Shown here: positions 39,118 to 48,618 of the stretch, piece after piece | Layout of the letters: each line of letters opens with the position of its first letter | How positions within the stretch are numbered: position 1 is the stretch's first letter | NCBI GenBank assembly: GCA_017397315.1 | Contig: JAFQJA010000019.1 | Span: forward strand, 33,690 to 97,689 | Direction: 5' to 3' | DNA: 64,000 nt | From: Clostridia bacterium | GTDB taxonomy: Bacteria > Bacillota > Clostridia > Monoglobales > Firm-18 | The notes under the pieces: generated by a model | Databases searched by the model: none | What the model saw: the letters and a program-made list of their open reading frames with translations, nothing else | Told to the model about the DNA's origin: nothing | Made by a program: the position numbers and the translations under genes

Positions 39118-40136
39118 CTTGTTTCCTCCTTGTTACTTATTACAACCGCGTGGGCAATTGACGGAATTGATTCACCCTGCTGGGTTGACAATGGGCTCAT
39201 CAAAGCACCTGTACCTATAAACAGTATTTTATTAAGTTCGCCGGTTTTCAGTTTCTTTAAAAGAGAAGCGCAAAGAACTAATGCACTGCAACCGCATCCG
39301 CTTCCCCCTGCGTGAGTGTCCTGACTTTGCTCGAAAATCATACGCCCGCAGTCGTTGTAGTTTGAAATATCGTAGCCTGATTTTTTCATATAATCGCAAA
39401 CTATTTCATACCCCAGTTCACCAAGGTCGCCCGTTACTATAAGGTCGTAGTCCTGCGGTTTTTTGTTCGTGTCTTTAAAATGTGTTTCTATTGTGTCGAA
39501 GGCGGCGGGAGCCATAGCGGCACCCATATTTGTGGCATCTTTTATACCCTTGTCTATTATTTTGCCTGTTGTTATCTGTGTGATTGACGGCCCTTCTCCT
39601 TCGTTTGATAAGACTACCATACCGCTTCCTGTAACTGTTCTTTGTGCGGTTGGAGGGCGTTGTCCTCCGTATGCGAGAGGCATACGAAACTGTTTTTCGG
39701 AACTGCAAAAATGACTGCTTGTACCGCAAAGTGTGTATTTTGCAAAACCGCCGTCTATTATCATTGCACCCAAAGACATTGAAAGTGCCATTGTAGAGCA
39801 AGCACCAAAAAGACCGTAAAAAGGAATTGCCAATTCCCTCATTCCATACCCTGTGCCTGTGCACTGGTTTAAAAGGTCTCCTGAAAATGCCATATCTATA
39901 TCGGTTAATAAAAGGCCAGCTTTGTGTACTGCACATTTTCCCGCTTCTCTTTGCATTTTGCTTTCTGCTTTTTCCCAGGTTTTTTCGCCGAAATATCCGT
40001 CTTCCATTAAAATATCAAAATTGCCTTTTAATTTGCCTTGTTGCTCTTTTGTTCCCGCAACAGTCGCACTACTAATTATTTTCACGCTGTTTGAAATGTT
40101 TACAGTCTGTGTGCCTGATTTGTTTTTGCATTTCAA
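39114..40136 (-). CDS. spoVAD: Stage V sporulation protein AD
   Basis: TWEKAES, GDLLNQC, GACSTM, NMGAAMAPAA and HAGGSGCGCS. TTG start at 40136 with SD GAGGTG. Confidence 0.95.
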   Translation of the reverse strand: MKCKNKSGTQTVNISNSVKIISSATVAGTKEQQGKLKGNFDILMEDGYFGEKTWEKAESKMQREAGKCAVHKAGLLLTDIDMAFSGDLLNQCTGTGYGMRELAIPFYGLFGACSTMALSMSLGAMIIDGGFAKYTLCGTSSHFCSSEKQFRMPLAYGGQRPPTAQRTVTGSGMVVLSNEGEGPSITQITTGKIIDKGIKDATNMGAAMAPAAFDTIETHFKDTNKKPQDYDLIVTGDLGELGYEIVCDYMKKSGYDISNYNDCGRMIFEQSQDTHAGGSGCGCSALVLCASLLKKLKTGELNKILFIGTGALMSPLSTQQGESIPSIAHAVVISNKEETR

Positions 40137-40200
40137 AAAAATCACCTCGAATGTATTATTTTTCAAAAAAGCATAAATAATACATTTTGAGGTGATTATA

Positions 40201-40347
40201 ATGAATGTATTTGAAAACCCTGAAATGCAAAAATATTTTGAAACTTTGCCTGCCTTTGTTCAGGAGAACATTGTTCATTCAGGAGTAAAACCCAATAATT
40301 TGGAACAACTGAAAAGTTGTGCTGAAAATTTTAAAAAAACTGAGTAA
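40201..40347 (+). CDS. Small hypothetical protein (48 aa), absent from the ORF track
   Basis: SD GAGGTG, then MNVFENPEMQKYFETLPAFVQENIVHSGVKPNNLEQLKSCAENFKKTE*, followed by a terminator. Confidence 0.75.
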   Translation: MNVFENPEMQKYFETLPAFVQENIVHSGVKPNNLEQLKSCAENFKKTE

Positions 40348-40366
40348 TTACTCAGTTTTTTTAAAA
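40329..40366 (+). terminator. Terminator: 38-bp perfect palindrome overlapping the small-ORF stop
   Basis: TTTTAAAAAAACTGAGTAA|TTACTCAGTTTTTTTAAAA. Confidence 0.75.
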
Positions 40367-40452
40367 ATTATTTTACATTTGCCTACTTGAATAATACTAT
40401 AATTGGTGATACAATTAGATTGCAGTCATAGTTTATAAAGGAGGCTGATATT

Positions 40453-42708
40453 ATGATGTGCAATAATTGCGGTAAAAACCCGGCAGTAGTTTTTTTAACC
40501 AAAGTTGAAAACGGAGTTACAAAAAACGAAGGTCTTTGTATGACTTGTGCTAAAAAATTGGGAATTAGTTCTATAAATAATATAATGGATAAAATGGGAA
40601 TGACAGAAGAAGAATTTGACGAAATGAACAGAGGCATGATGGAAACTATGGGTAATATTGATTCTATTGATGATATTACGCCTGAAATGCTTCAAAATGT
40701 AATCCCTATGATGCAAAATGCCTTTGGTGGTACAGATGAAGAATTCGAAGAACCGCAAAAGACAACAAAAACTAAAGTTAACGAAAAACCCAAGAAAAAG
40801 AGTATAATTGAACAGTATGCCGTAAATCTTACTGAAAAGGCTGTTAACAACCAGATAGACAGAGTTATCGGCAGAAGCGTTGAAATCGAACGAGTAACAC
40901 AGATTTTAAACAGAAGAACTAAAAACAATCCTGTACTAATTGGTGAACCGGGTGTTGGTAAAACTGCCATTGCAGAAGGTCTTGCTGTCAGAATTGCAAA
41001 CAAAGATGTTCCGAACAAACTTCTAAAAAAAGAGATATATTTGCTTGATTTGGCGGGAGTCGTTGCGGGCACACAGTTCAGGGGGCAGTTTGAGTCCCGT
41101 ATTAAAGGGATAATTGACGAGGCGAAAAAAAGAGGTAATATAATTTTCGTTATTGATGAACTTCACAATATTGTGGCTGCAGGTGATGCAGAGGGCGCTA
41201 TGGGTGCGGCAAATATTCTAAAACCTGCCCTTGCAAAAGGTGAAATTCAGGTTATTGGCGCAACTACTTTAGAGGAGTACAGAAAACACATAGAAAAGGA
41301 TTCTGCTTTGGAACGCCGTTTCCAGCCGGTTATAGTTGAAGAACCGTCAATGGAAGATACAATTGAAATAATTAAGGGCATAAAAGATTATTACGAAAAG
41401 TATCATAAAGTTAAAATCACAGATGATATTATAAGAACTGCAACAGTCCTTGCAAGCAGATATATTAACGACAGATTTTTGCCGGATAAAGCAATAGATG
41501 TAATTGATGAGGCTGGTTCAAGAGTTAACCTGAACAACAAAAAATTAGTTGCTTTAGAAAATAAAAAAATTGAGCTTGAAAAAATCCAGGCAGAAAAAGA
41601 AACTGCTGCACAGGCAGATTCTATTGAAGAATACCAAAAAGCAGCTGATCTTAAAATCCGTGAATGCAGACTGATGGAAGAAATTTCTGCTTTGAAAAAA
41701 GAATGCGACAACATTTATATTACTGCGGACGATGTGGCACAGGTAATAGAAATGTGGACTAAAATCCCTGTTCATAAGATTAGTCAGTTTGAATCCAACA
41801 GACTTATGAATCTTGAAAACAATCTTGCACAAAGAATTATAGGACAGAAAAATGCAGTAAGCGCAGTTTCCCGTGCTATAAGAGTAAACAGGGCAGGTAT
41901 TGCAAATAAGAAGCGTCCCGTTTCGTTCATGTTTGTAGGTCCTACAGGTGTTGGTAAAACCGAACTTGTAAAACAACTTGCGAAAGAGTTGTTTGATGAT
42001 GAAAAAGCACTTATCAGGCTTGATATGAGCGAGTATATGGAAAAGCACACCGTTGCAAAAATTATAGGCTCACCTCCCGGATATGTTGGGTATGATGACG
42101 CAGGTCAGTTGACTGAAAAAGTAAGACGCCATCCGTACAGCATTATTTTGCTTGACGAAATAGAAAAAGCTCATCCTGATATATTTAATGTGCTTTTGCA
42201 GATTTTTGATGACGGAAGAATTACCGACAGCCATGGCAAAACGGTAAGTTTTGAAAACTGCGTAATTATTATGACTTCCAATGCCGGAAGCGATATGAAT
42301 ATCAAATCTTTAGGCTTTAATGCCACTAACAAACAGGCAATAAAGAATAATGTTGATACTGCATTAAAGCAGATTTTCAGACCTGAATTTTTAAACAGAA
42401 TTGATGAAGTGGTAATCTTTGACCAGTTGACAAGGGAAGAACTATTCGATATATGTTCGCTTATGCTTTCGGATTTAACAGAAATATTAAAAGAAAAAGG
42501 CATAACACTAACATTTACAGACGATATTAAAAATCACATTATTGACGCTGGTTACGATGAAAAATTCGGTGCAAGACCAATGAGAAGAGTTATTCACAAA
42601 GAACTTGAAACAAGACTTGCAGAAATGATAATTACTGACGAAATTAAAGAAGGCGATACAGTAAATATTGATTTTTGTAACGATAATATAGTGTTTGTTA
42701 AAAACTAA
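40453..42708 (+). CDS. Clp protease ATP-binding subunit (ClpE/ClpC type, N-terminal Zn finger)
   Basis: CNNC...CMTC; two AAA modules (GEPGVGKT, GPTGVGKT); RLDMSEYME and GARPMRR. Confidence 0.92.
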   Translation: MMCNNCGKNPAVVFLTKVENGVTKNEGLCMTCAKKLGISSINNIMDKMGMTEEEFDEMNRGMMETMGNIDSIDDITPEMLQNVIPMMQNAFGGTDEEFEEPQKTTKTKVNEKPKKKSIIEQYAVNLTEKAVNNQIDRVIGRSVEIERVTQILNRRTKNNPVLIGEPGVGKTAIAEGLAVRIANKDVPNKLLKKEIYLLDLAGVVAGTQFRGQFESRIKGIIDEAKKRGNIIFVIDELHNIVAAGDAEGAMGAANILKPALAKGEIQVIGATTLEEYRKHIEKDSALERRFQPVIVEEPSMEDTIEIIKGIKDYYEKYHKVKITDDIIRTATVLASRYINDRFLPDKAIDVIDEAGSRVNLNNKKLVALENKKIELEKIQAEKETAAQADSIEEYQKAADLKIRECRLMEEISALKKECDNIYITADDVAQVIEMWTKIPVHKISQFESNRLMNLENNLAQRIIGQKNAVSAVSRAIRVNRAGIANKKRPVSFMFVGPTGVGKTELVKQLAKELFDDEKALIRLDMSEYMEKHTVAKIIGSPPGYVGYDDAGQLTEKVRRHPYSIILLDEIEKAHPDIFNVLLQIFDDGRITDSHGKTVSFENCVIIMTSNAGSDMNIKSLGFNATNKQAIKNNVDTALKQIFRPEFLNRIDEVVIFDQLTREELFDICSLMLSDLTEILKEKGITLTFTDDIKNHIIDAGYDEKFGARPMRRVIHKELETRLAEMIITDEIKEGDTVNIDFCNDNIVFVKN

Positions 42709-42733
42709 AAAACGGCTCATATGAGCCGTTTTT
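42708..42733 (+). terminator. Intrinsic terminator (perfect palindrome)
   Basis: AAAAACGGCTCAT|ATGAGCCGTTTTT. Confidence 0.8.
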
Positions 42734-42826
42734 ATTTTATATTATTTAAATTTTAAAAAAAGAATGACAACAAAAAAAATATGTGGTAAAATATAAATAA
42801 GCATTATTTTTTAAGGAAGGGTTAGA

Positions 42827-43678
42827 ATGAGTGAGTTTTCAATTCCATTGGACTTTTTAGACAATTACATATTTAAAGCGAAACCCGAATATTCTATGGT
42901 TTATTTGTATGTTTACAGATATTTGTCAAACAATCTCGCAGTACCGGATAATGAACGAATAGCATTAGATTTAAAAATTTCCGAAGAGGCTGTTTCGTCT
43001 GCATTTAACTATTGGGCGGGAAAAGGATATCCGATTAACGGTAATATTGCACCCATATTTAATAAGAGTAGTTACAAGCCTGCGGAATTCTCAACCGACA
43101 GAGAATTTTCTTTTATTTGCGAGAGTGTAGAGAAAAGTCTCGGAAAAGTACTATCCACTGCTGACCATCAGACTTTGTTCTGGATTTACGATTATCTTGG
43201 GTTTTCGTCAACTATTATCTTAATGATAGTTAACTATGCTATGGCAGAGAACAAGGCAAAAATGAGGTATATAGAAAAACTCGCCATATCGTGGGCAGAA
43301 AAAGGTCTTTATACGGTAGAATCCGCTGAAAAACATTTGAATGATGTGTCATTGTATCGAAGTTATGAACGCAAAATCAAAAACAAGTTAGGTGTTACGG
43401 GGAGAGAGTTTACTCCCTCTGAAAAACAGATAATCAGACAGTGGGAAACGGATATAAAACCTACCGAAAAACAACTTGTGGATGCTCTTGAAATTTGTGT
43501 TTCCCGTACAGGTAAAGTTTCTTTAAAATATATTAATGGTATTTTACAAAAGTGGAATGACGAACCGCACTGCAAAAAAGCTGAAAAGAGTAAATACGCT
43601 AACTTTGTCAACAGAACTGATATTGACTATGACAAAATTGAAATAGAAGCAATGAAAAAAAGAATAAATAGGAGTTAA
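42827..43678 (+). CDS. DnaD-domain primosomal protein
   Basis: Two DnaB_2-like repeats (RYIEKLAISW, KYINGILQKW); upstream of a DnaC-like ATPase. Confidence 0.82.
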   Translation: MSEFSIPLDFLDNYIFKAKPEYSMVYLYVYRYLSNNLAVPDNERIALDLKISEEAVSSAFNYWAGKGYPINGNIAPIFNKSSYKPAEFSTDREFSFICESVEKSLGKVLSTADHQTLFWIYDYLGFSSTIILMIVNYAMAENKAKMRYIEKLAISWAEKGLYTVESAEKHLNDVSLYRSYERKIKNKLGVTGREFTPSEKQIIRQWETDIKPTEKQLVDALEICVSRTGKVSLKYINGILQKWNDEPHCKKAEKSKYANFVNRTDIDYDKIEIEAMKKRINRS

Positions 43679-43682
43679 GATT

Positions 43683-44645
43683 ATGGATATTTCTTTGGAA
43701 TATGAAAAAATAAGAGAACACAACAGACAAAAGCACAAGGAACTGACAGATAAAGTATATTTACAAATTCCCAGAATAAAGGAGATTGATATTATTTGTG
43801 CTGATGTATGCAAGGAGTATTTAAGCCTTGTTGCGGGTGGTAAGATGCCTGCTGATGTTGCAGTTTCAAAAATGCAAAAAGAAATTGATGTTCTTACTAA
43901 AGAAAAACAGACACTTCTTAAAAAAATGGGACTTACAATCAAGGATTTTGATACAATTTACACTTGCGAAAAATGCAAAGACAAAGGCTATGTAAACGGA
44001 AAATGGTGCGACTGCTATTACCGTTTGCAAAGCAAACAACTTTTAAACAATTCCAATATTAATATTAAGGCATCGAACACTTTTGACAAGTTTGATTTGT
44101 CTTTGTACAGCGACAAAGAGGATAAGAAATTTGGCTTTTCACCACGCGACAATGCTAATTCCGTAAAAGAAATTGCAATGTATTTTGCACAGGAAAAAGA
44201 AGATGCCCCCGATAATTTGTATCTTTACGGTGCAACAGGTCTTGGAAAGACCTTTACCGCAGATTGTATAGCACATTGTTACATAGAAAAACAAAAATCT
44301 GTGTTCTATATGTCTGCACCAAAACTGTTTTCTGCTCTTGAAGACTATAAATTTGCAAAAGGAGATATTGAGCAGGCAGGAAAAACAGTGTCCTCGGTTG
44401 AAAATTGCGAATTATTAATTATTGATGATTTGGGCACGGAGTTTCACACTCCTTTTGTTGACAGTTGCCTTTTTGAAATAATAAACAGCAGAATGATTGC
44501 ACAGAAAAAAACAATTATTAGTTCGAATTTATCCCCTAAAGAACTATCAAAGGTGTATTCTGACAGAATTGCATCAAGAATTTTAGGCGGTTTTGAGCAA
44601 CTATTGTTTATTGGCGAGGATATAAGAGTAAAAAAATATCGGTAA
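43683..44645 (+). CDS. DnaC/DnaI-like helicase-loader ATPase
   Basis: CEKCKDKG...CDC Zn site, GATGLGKT, LIIDDLGTE and TIISSNL. Confidence 0.88.
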   Translation: MDISLEYEKIREHNRQKHKELTDKVYLQIPRIKEIDIICADVCKEYLSLVAGGKMPADVAVSKMQKEIDVLTKEKQTLLKKMGLTIKDFDTIYTCEKCKDKGYVNGKWCDCYYRLQSKQLLNNSNINIKASNTFDKFDLSLYSDKEDKKFGFSPRDNANSVKEIAMYFAQEKEDAPDNLYLYGATGLGKTFTADCIAHCYIEKQKSVFYMSAPKLFSALEDYKFAKGDIEQAGKTVSSVENCELLIIDDLGTEFHTPFVDSCLFEIINSRMIAQKKTIISSNLSPKELSKVYSDRIASRILGGFEQLLFIGEDIRVKKYR

Positions 44646-44758
44646 TTGCACCTTTACTTTAAAATAAATTGTTCGAGGAAATCTGAATGATTTTTCAGAA
44701 GTGAAAGCGACTTTGGATTAGAGGAAAGAAAAATATAGCACAATAGTTTCTGTGATTT

Positions 44759-44895
44759 TACTTGTGTCAAGTTTATATAATTTTAAAGAATAGTTTGCCG
44801 ATTTTGATATCTACATATACAAAATATATCCAACAATTCTTGTGTTGACGGGTTGGGTTCTTATTATTCACTGTTTGCCTGACTTAACACGAGTA
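44759..44895. repeat. Inverted-repeat-bounded 137-bp segment (possible MITE or IS remnant)
   Basis: TACTTGTGTCAAGT ... ACTTAACACGAGTA (12/14 inverted match). A third copy, CTTGACACGAGT, lies at 46882-46893. Confidence 0.45.
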
Positions 44896-44933
44896 AGAAT
44901 TATATCATAATATGGCGAAAGGAGAGAAAATTT

Positions 44934-45794
44934 GTGTGCAATATTAAATTTAAGAATATTATTATGCTGACGATAGCGGGATTCGTAAATGCTTTTGGGG
45001 TAATTGTGTTTCTTTCTCCTGTGAAATTGTACGATAGTGGAATTTCCGGTACAGCAATGCTGTTATCTCAGATTACTCCTGATTGGTGTTCATTATCGTT
45101 ATTCTTATTATTCCTTAATATTCCGCTTTTTGTTTTTGGATATAAAAAACAGGGGAGTTCATTTACTATATATTCTTTATATACAGTTATGGTATACTCG
45201 TTTGGTGCCTGGCTTATAACAGATGTGTTGCCGATTGATGTCTCTTTAGCATCTCCTTTGGCAGGTACAGATTTATTGCTTTGTGCTCTGTTCGGGGGAT
45301 TGATTTCAGGTGTTGGAAGTGGTATTACAATAAGATATGGAGGAGCAATTGACGGTATAGAGGTTATGTCTGTTATATTTGCAAAAAAAATCGGTATCAC
45401 GGTCGGTACATTTGTAATGATTTATAATGTATGTCTTTATATTCTGTGCGGAATTGTTATAAACAGCTGGATATTGCCGTTGTATTCTATAGTTACATAT
45501 ACTGCAGGACTTAAAACAATTGACTTTATTGTAGAAGGTATAGACCGTTCAAAAGCGGCAATGATTATAACCGTCAAACCTAACGAGATATGCGATATTT
45601 TGATGACTGAATTTGAATGTGGAACAACAAAAATATCTGTAAAGGGCGGATATTCAAATTCGGATATGACTATGGTATATTTTATACTGGATCGATTCCA
45701 GATTTCGAAAATGCGTGAAATTGTACATTCTGTTGATGAAAAGGCGTTTATTACAATAACAGAAGTTGCAGATGTTTTTAAAATAAATATGTAA
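44934..45794 (+). CDS. YitT family membrane protein
   Basis: SGISG, NIPLFVFGY, GGAIDG and a C-terminal DUF2179-like DEKAFITI. Confidence 0.88.
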   Translation: MCNIKFKNIIMLTIAGFVNAFGVIVFLSPVKLYDSGISGTAMLLSQITPDWCSLSLFLLFLNIPLFVFGYKKQGSSFTIYSLYTVMVYSFGAWLITDVLPIDVSLASPLAGTDLLLCALFGGLISGVGSGITIRYGGAIDGIEVMSVIFAKKIGITVGTFVMIYNVCLYILCGIVINSWILPLYSIVTYTAGLKTIDFIVEGIDRSKAAMIITVKPNEICDILMTEFECGTTKISVKGGYSNSDMTMVYFILDRFQISKMREIVHSVDEKAFITITEVADVFKINM

Positions 45795-45953
45795 TTCAAG
45801 AATTTAAATTATCTTTAGTTCATTAAAACACATATATATGCTTCTCTTGTTATCCGATACGCTAAAAATAAAGTCTTGAAATTGTTTTTACTGTTATTTG
45901 TATTTTTGGCAAAAGTATAAGGAAAATAAGAGAATAGTATAAAAGGAGAAACA

Positions 45954-46823
45954 ATGGTTTCTTATATTCAGATAGTAATTGCTGACTTTTTACTCACAAT
46001 AGCATTTTTGTTTCAGAAAAAATATCAGGAAAAGGCAGGAACAAGTGTTAATGCGGGCCTTATATATACAATTCTTTCCGGTGTATTTTCTGCCGTAATG
46101 TTTTTTGTGATTAACGGATTTACAGTGAGGATAACTTTATTTTCAATAATTATGTCTGTCCTTTTTTCAGTGGCTGTTACAATGTATGTTTTTATAGGTT
46201 TTCGTATAATGGAAAAGGGGAATGTGTCCTTTTACACACTGTTTTTAATGTCAGGCGGAATGGTAATTCCTTACATATATGGTGTACTGTTTTTAAAAGA
46301 ACAACTAACTCTAGCAAGAGTGGTGGGACTTGTATTGATTTTAGTGGCAATTATTTCTTCTAATTTTACCAGAGGAAAGTTTGATAAAAAACAGCTTTTT
46401 TTATGTACTATGGTATTTTTGCTCAATGGAGCTGTATGTGTAATTTCAAAAGCTCATCAGATAAGCGCTGCAAGTCAAATAGTTTCATCTTCAGATTTTG
46501 TTATTCTTGTTGCTATTTCCAAAATAGTTATCAGCCTTTTAGTGTTGCCATTTAATAAGGATAAAAGTGTTGATAAGCCGATGGTACCGTTCAAATCAGT
46601 AATTTTGATTGTTATGATGGCTGCAGCAGCAGACGGAATAGCCTATATGTTGCAACTTATGGGAGCGGTTAACCTTCCTGCAACTGTGCTTTTTCCTTTG
46701 ATTACCGGTGGAACGATAGTGCTTTCTACTATGATGGATTTTATATTTTGCAAAGTAAAACTTTCACACAAACAATGGATTAGTGTTGCGACTGCTTTTT
46801 TAGGAACATTAATGTTTTTGTAA
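45954..46823 (+). CDS. EamA/DMT family transporter
   Basis: About 10 TM helices in two repeats (LFLKEQLT..., PATVLFP). Confidence 0.75.
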   Translation: MVSYIQIVIADFLLTIAFLFQKKYQEKAGTSVNAGLIYTILSGVFSAVMFFVINGFTVRITLFSIIMSVLFSVAVTMYVFIGFRIMEKGNVSFYTLFLMSGGMVIPYIYGVLFLKEQLTLARVVGLVLILVAIISSNFTRGKFDKKQLFLCTMVFLLNGAVCVISKAHQISAASQIVSSSDFVILVAISKIVISLLVLPFNKDKSVDKPMVPFKSVILIVMMAAAADGIAYMLQLMGAVNLPATVLFPLITGGTIVLSTMMDFIFCKVKLSHKQWISVATAFLGTLMFL

Positions 46824-46911
46824 AATTGTTTAAAACAGGTAGTTTTTATCGTTATATTAAGCCGGATGATTTTTTGACAGTCTTGACACGAGTGCGGGAG
46901 ATAATGATTTT

Positions 46912-47406
46912 ATGATTACAGGAAATATACTAGGTGCTATTGCTATATTGCTTTTTGTAAGCAGTTTTCAATTGAAAACCAGAAAAGAAATTATCATTTT
47001 AAGTACAGTATCAAGACTATTTTATGTGCTTCAGTATATATGCCTTGGTGCATATTCGGGAGCAGTAATAGATTTTGTAGCAGGAGTAATATCGTTATTT
47101 GTAGTAAAGCCTGACAAGAATTTCAAAAAAATAATTGTGCTTTTACTTTATGCGGTTATCGTTGCATCAAGTATACTGCTTTATAAAAATTTCTTGAGTT
47201 GTTTTTCATTTTTTGCAGTAACTTTGGAAATAATAGCAATAATGTTTAAAAAAGAAAAAACGGTCCGTATAATTTCGTTGATTGCACAGCCTTGCTGGTT
47301 GATTTACAACTGTTATTATATAGCGTGGTTTTCTGCTTTGGGTAACTTAATTTCGATATTTTCCATTACCTTTGCTTTAATTAGATATGATTTTAAAAAA
47401 ATATAA
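46912..47406 (+). CDS. YgjV-like inner membrane protein
   Basis: SFQLKTRK, LGAYSGA, PCWLIYN and LIRYD. Confidence 0.75.
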   Translation: MITGNILGAIAILLFVSSFQLKTRKEIIILSTVSRLFYVLQYICLGAYSGAVIDFVAGVISLFVVKPDKNFKKIIVLLLYAVIVASSILLYKNFLSCFSFFAVTLEIIAIMFKKEKTVRIISLIAQPCWLIYNCYYIAWFSALGNLISIFSITFALIRYDFKKI

Positions 47407-47414
47407 AAAAACAC

Positions 47415-47443
47415 TTGCATTTACTTTGAAACTATGTTATAAT
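47415..47443 (+). promoter_or_regulatory. sigma-A promoter of rplS
   Basis: TTGCAT, 17-bp spacer, TGn-TATAAT. Confidence 0.8.
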
Positions 47444-47449
47444 TTATTG

Positions 47450-47520
47450 CGTTAATGTGGAATAGTCCTCTGTACCGTTTAAAAGCGGACACGAATGTTC
47501 TTATGAAAGGGAGATATAAT
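47450..47520 (+). promoter_or_regulatory. Probable L19 ribosomal protein leader
   Basis: About 70-nt 5' UTR with GTCCTCTG...CGAATGTTC, resembling Firmicute L19 leaders. Confidence 0.55.
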
Positions 47521-47862
47521 ATGAATTTACTTGACACAATCGGTCAGGAACAAATCAGAACAGATTTGCCCGCTCTTGCTATTGGTGATACAGTTCGTGT
47601 GTATATCAAAGTTAAAGAGGGGACAAGAGAAAGAATCCAAATGTTTGAAGGTACTGTTATCCGTAAAAAGGGTGGCGGAATTGCTGAAACTTTCACGGTT
47701 CGTAGAATTTCATACGGTGTAGGCGTTGAAAAGATATTCTTAGTAAACTCACCTTACATTGATCGTATTGAAGTTGTTAGACACGGTAAAGTTCGTCGTG
47801 CAAAGTTATACTATCTACGCGACAGAGTTGGAAAGGCAGCAAAAGTTAAAGAAAGACTATAA
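47521..47862 (+). CDS. rplS: 50S ribosomal protein L19
   Basis: [15 protein letters not shown] and [12 protein letters not shown]. Start taken as the ATG at 47521. Confidence 0.98.
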   Translation: MNLLDTIGQEQIRTDLPALAIGDTVRVYIKVKEGTRERIQMFEGTVIRKKGGGIAETFTVRRISYGVGVEKIFLVNSPYIDRIEVVRHGKVRRAKLYYLRDRVGKAAKVKERL

Positions 47863-47955
47863 TTTGGAATTACGGAAGGCGTGGCTTCCCGACAAATGCC
47901 GTGAGGCTTGTTTGTGGGGGGTGCGTCTTTTTGCGTTTTATATGGAGGTATAAAT

Positions 47956-48603
47956 ATGGAAGAAAATTTTAATAATTCTGAATTTGATGCTTATACAGAG
48001 GTACCGTCGCAACAACCTCAAAAACCTTCTTTTAACTGGAAGAAAGAGGCTGTTGAGTGGATACAGGCGATTGTTTTTGCTGTAATTATTGCGGTGATTT
48101 TAAAAACTTTTGTGTTCACACTTGTGTTAGTAGAGGGTGCTTCGATGGAAAACACTTTGCGTACAGGGGACAGACTTTTTGTTACAAGACTTATGTACGA
48201 GCCAAAACAAGGGGATATTGTGGTGTTTACCCCTGAGCGAGATACAAGCAAACCCTACATTAAAAGGGTAATTGCTGTTGGCGGTCAGACTGTAGACATT
48301 ACCGATGACGGGCAAGTTGTTGTTGACGGTGAAATTTTAGATGAGGTTTATTTATCGGAATACACAGGAAATAACAATAAAAATATTACTACCACTTTGG
48401 TTAGTAATCCGGTGAAATTTCCCATAAAAGTTCCTGATGGGCACTTTTTCGCAATGGGAGACAACAGAATAAGAAGTCATGACTGCCGTTCAATTGAGGT
48501 CGGAGATTTTGACAATGACTATGGTTGCGTAGGAAAAGAAAGGGCTATAGGTAAAGCACAGTTTAGAATATGGCCTTTAAGTAAGTTCGGTTCGCTGTAT
48601 TAA
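47956..48603 (+). CDS. lepB: Signal peptidase I
   Basis: GASMENTL, YIKRVIA and MGDNR..S.D.R. Start taken as the ATG at 47956. Confidence 0.95.
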   Translation: MEENFNNSEFDAYTEVPSQQPQKPSFNWKKEAVEWIQAIVFAVIIAVILKTFVFTLVLVEGASMENTLRTGDRLFVTRLMYEPKQGDIVVFTPERDTSKPYIKRVIAVGGQTVDITDDGQVVVDGEILDEVYLSEYTGNNNKNITTTLVSNPVKFPIKVPDGHFFAMGDNRIRSHDCRSIEVGDFDNDYGCVGKERAIGKAQFRIWPLSKFGSLY

Positions 48604-48618
48604 GAAACGGAGAAATTT

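Noticed and set aside
43683-44645. IstB-like ATPase as a possible IS21 or prophage replication gene
   Set aside because: Paired with a DnaD-domain gene, as in the chromosomal clostridial primosome locus; no IstA or phage genes nearby.
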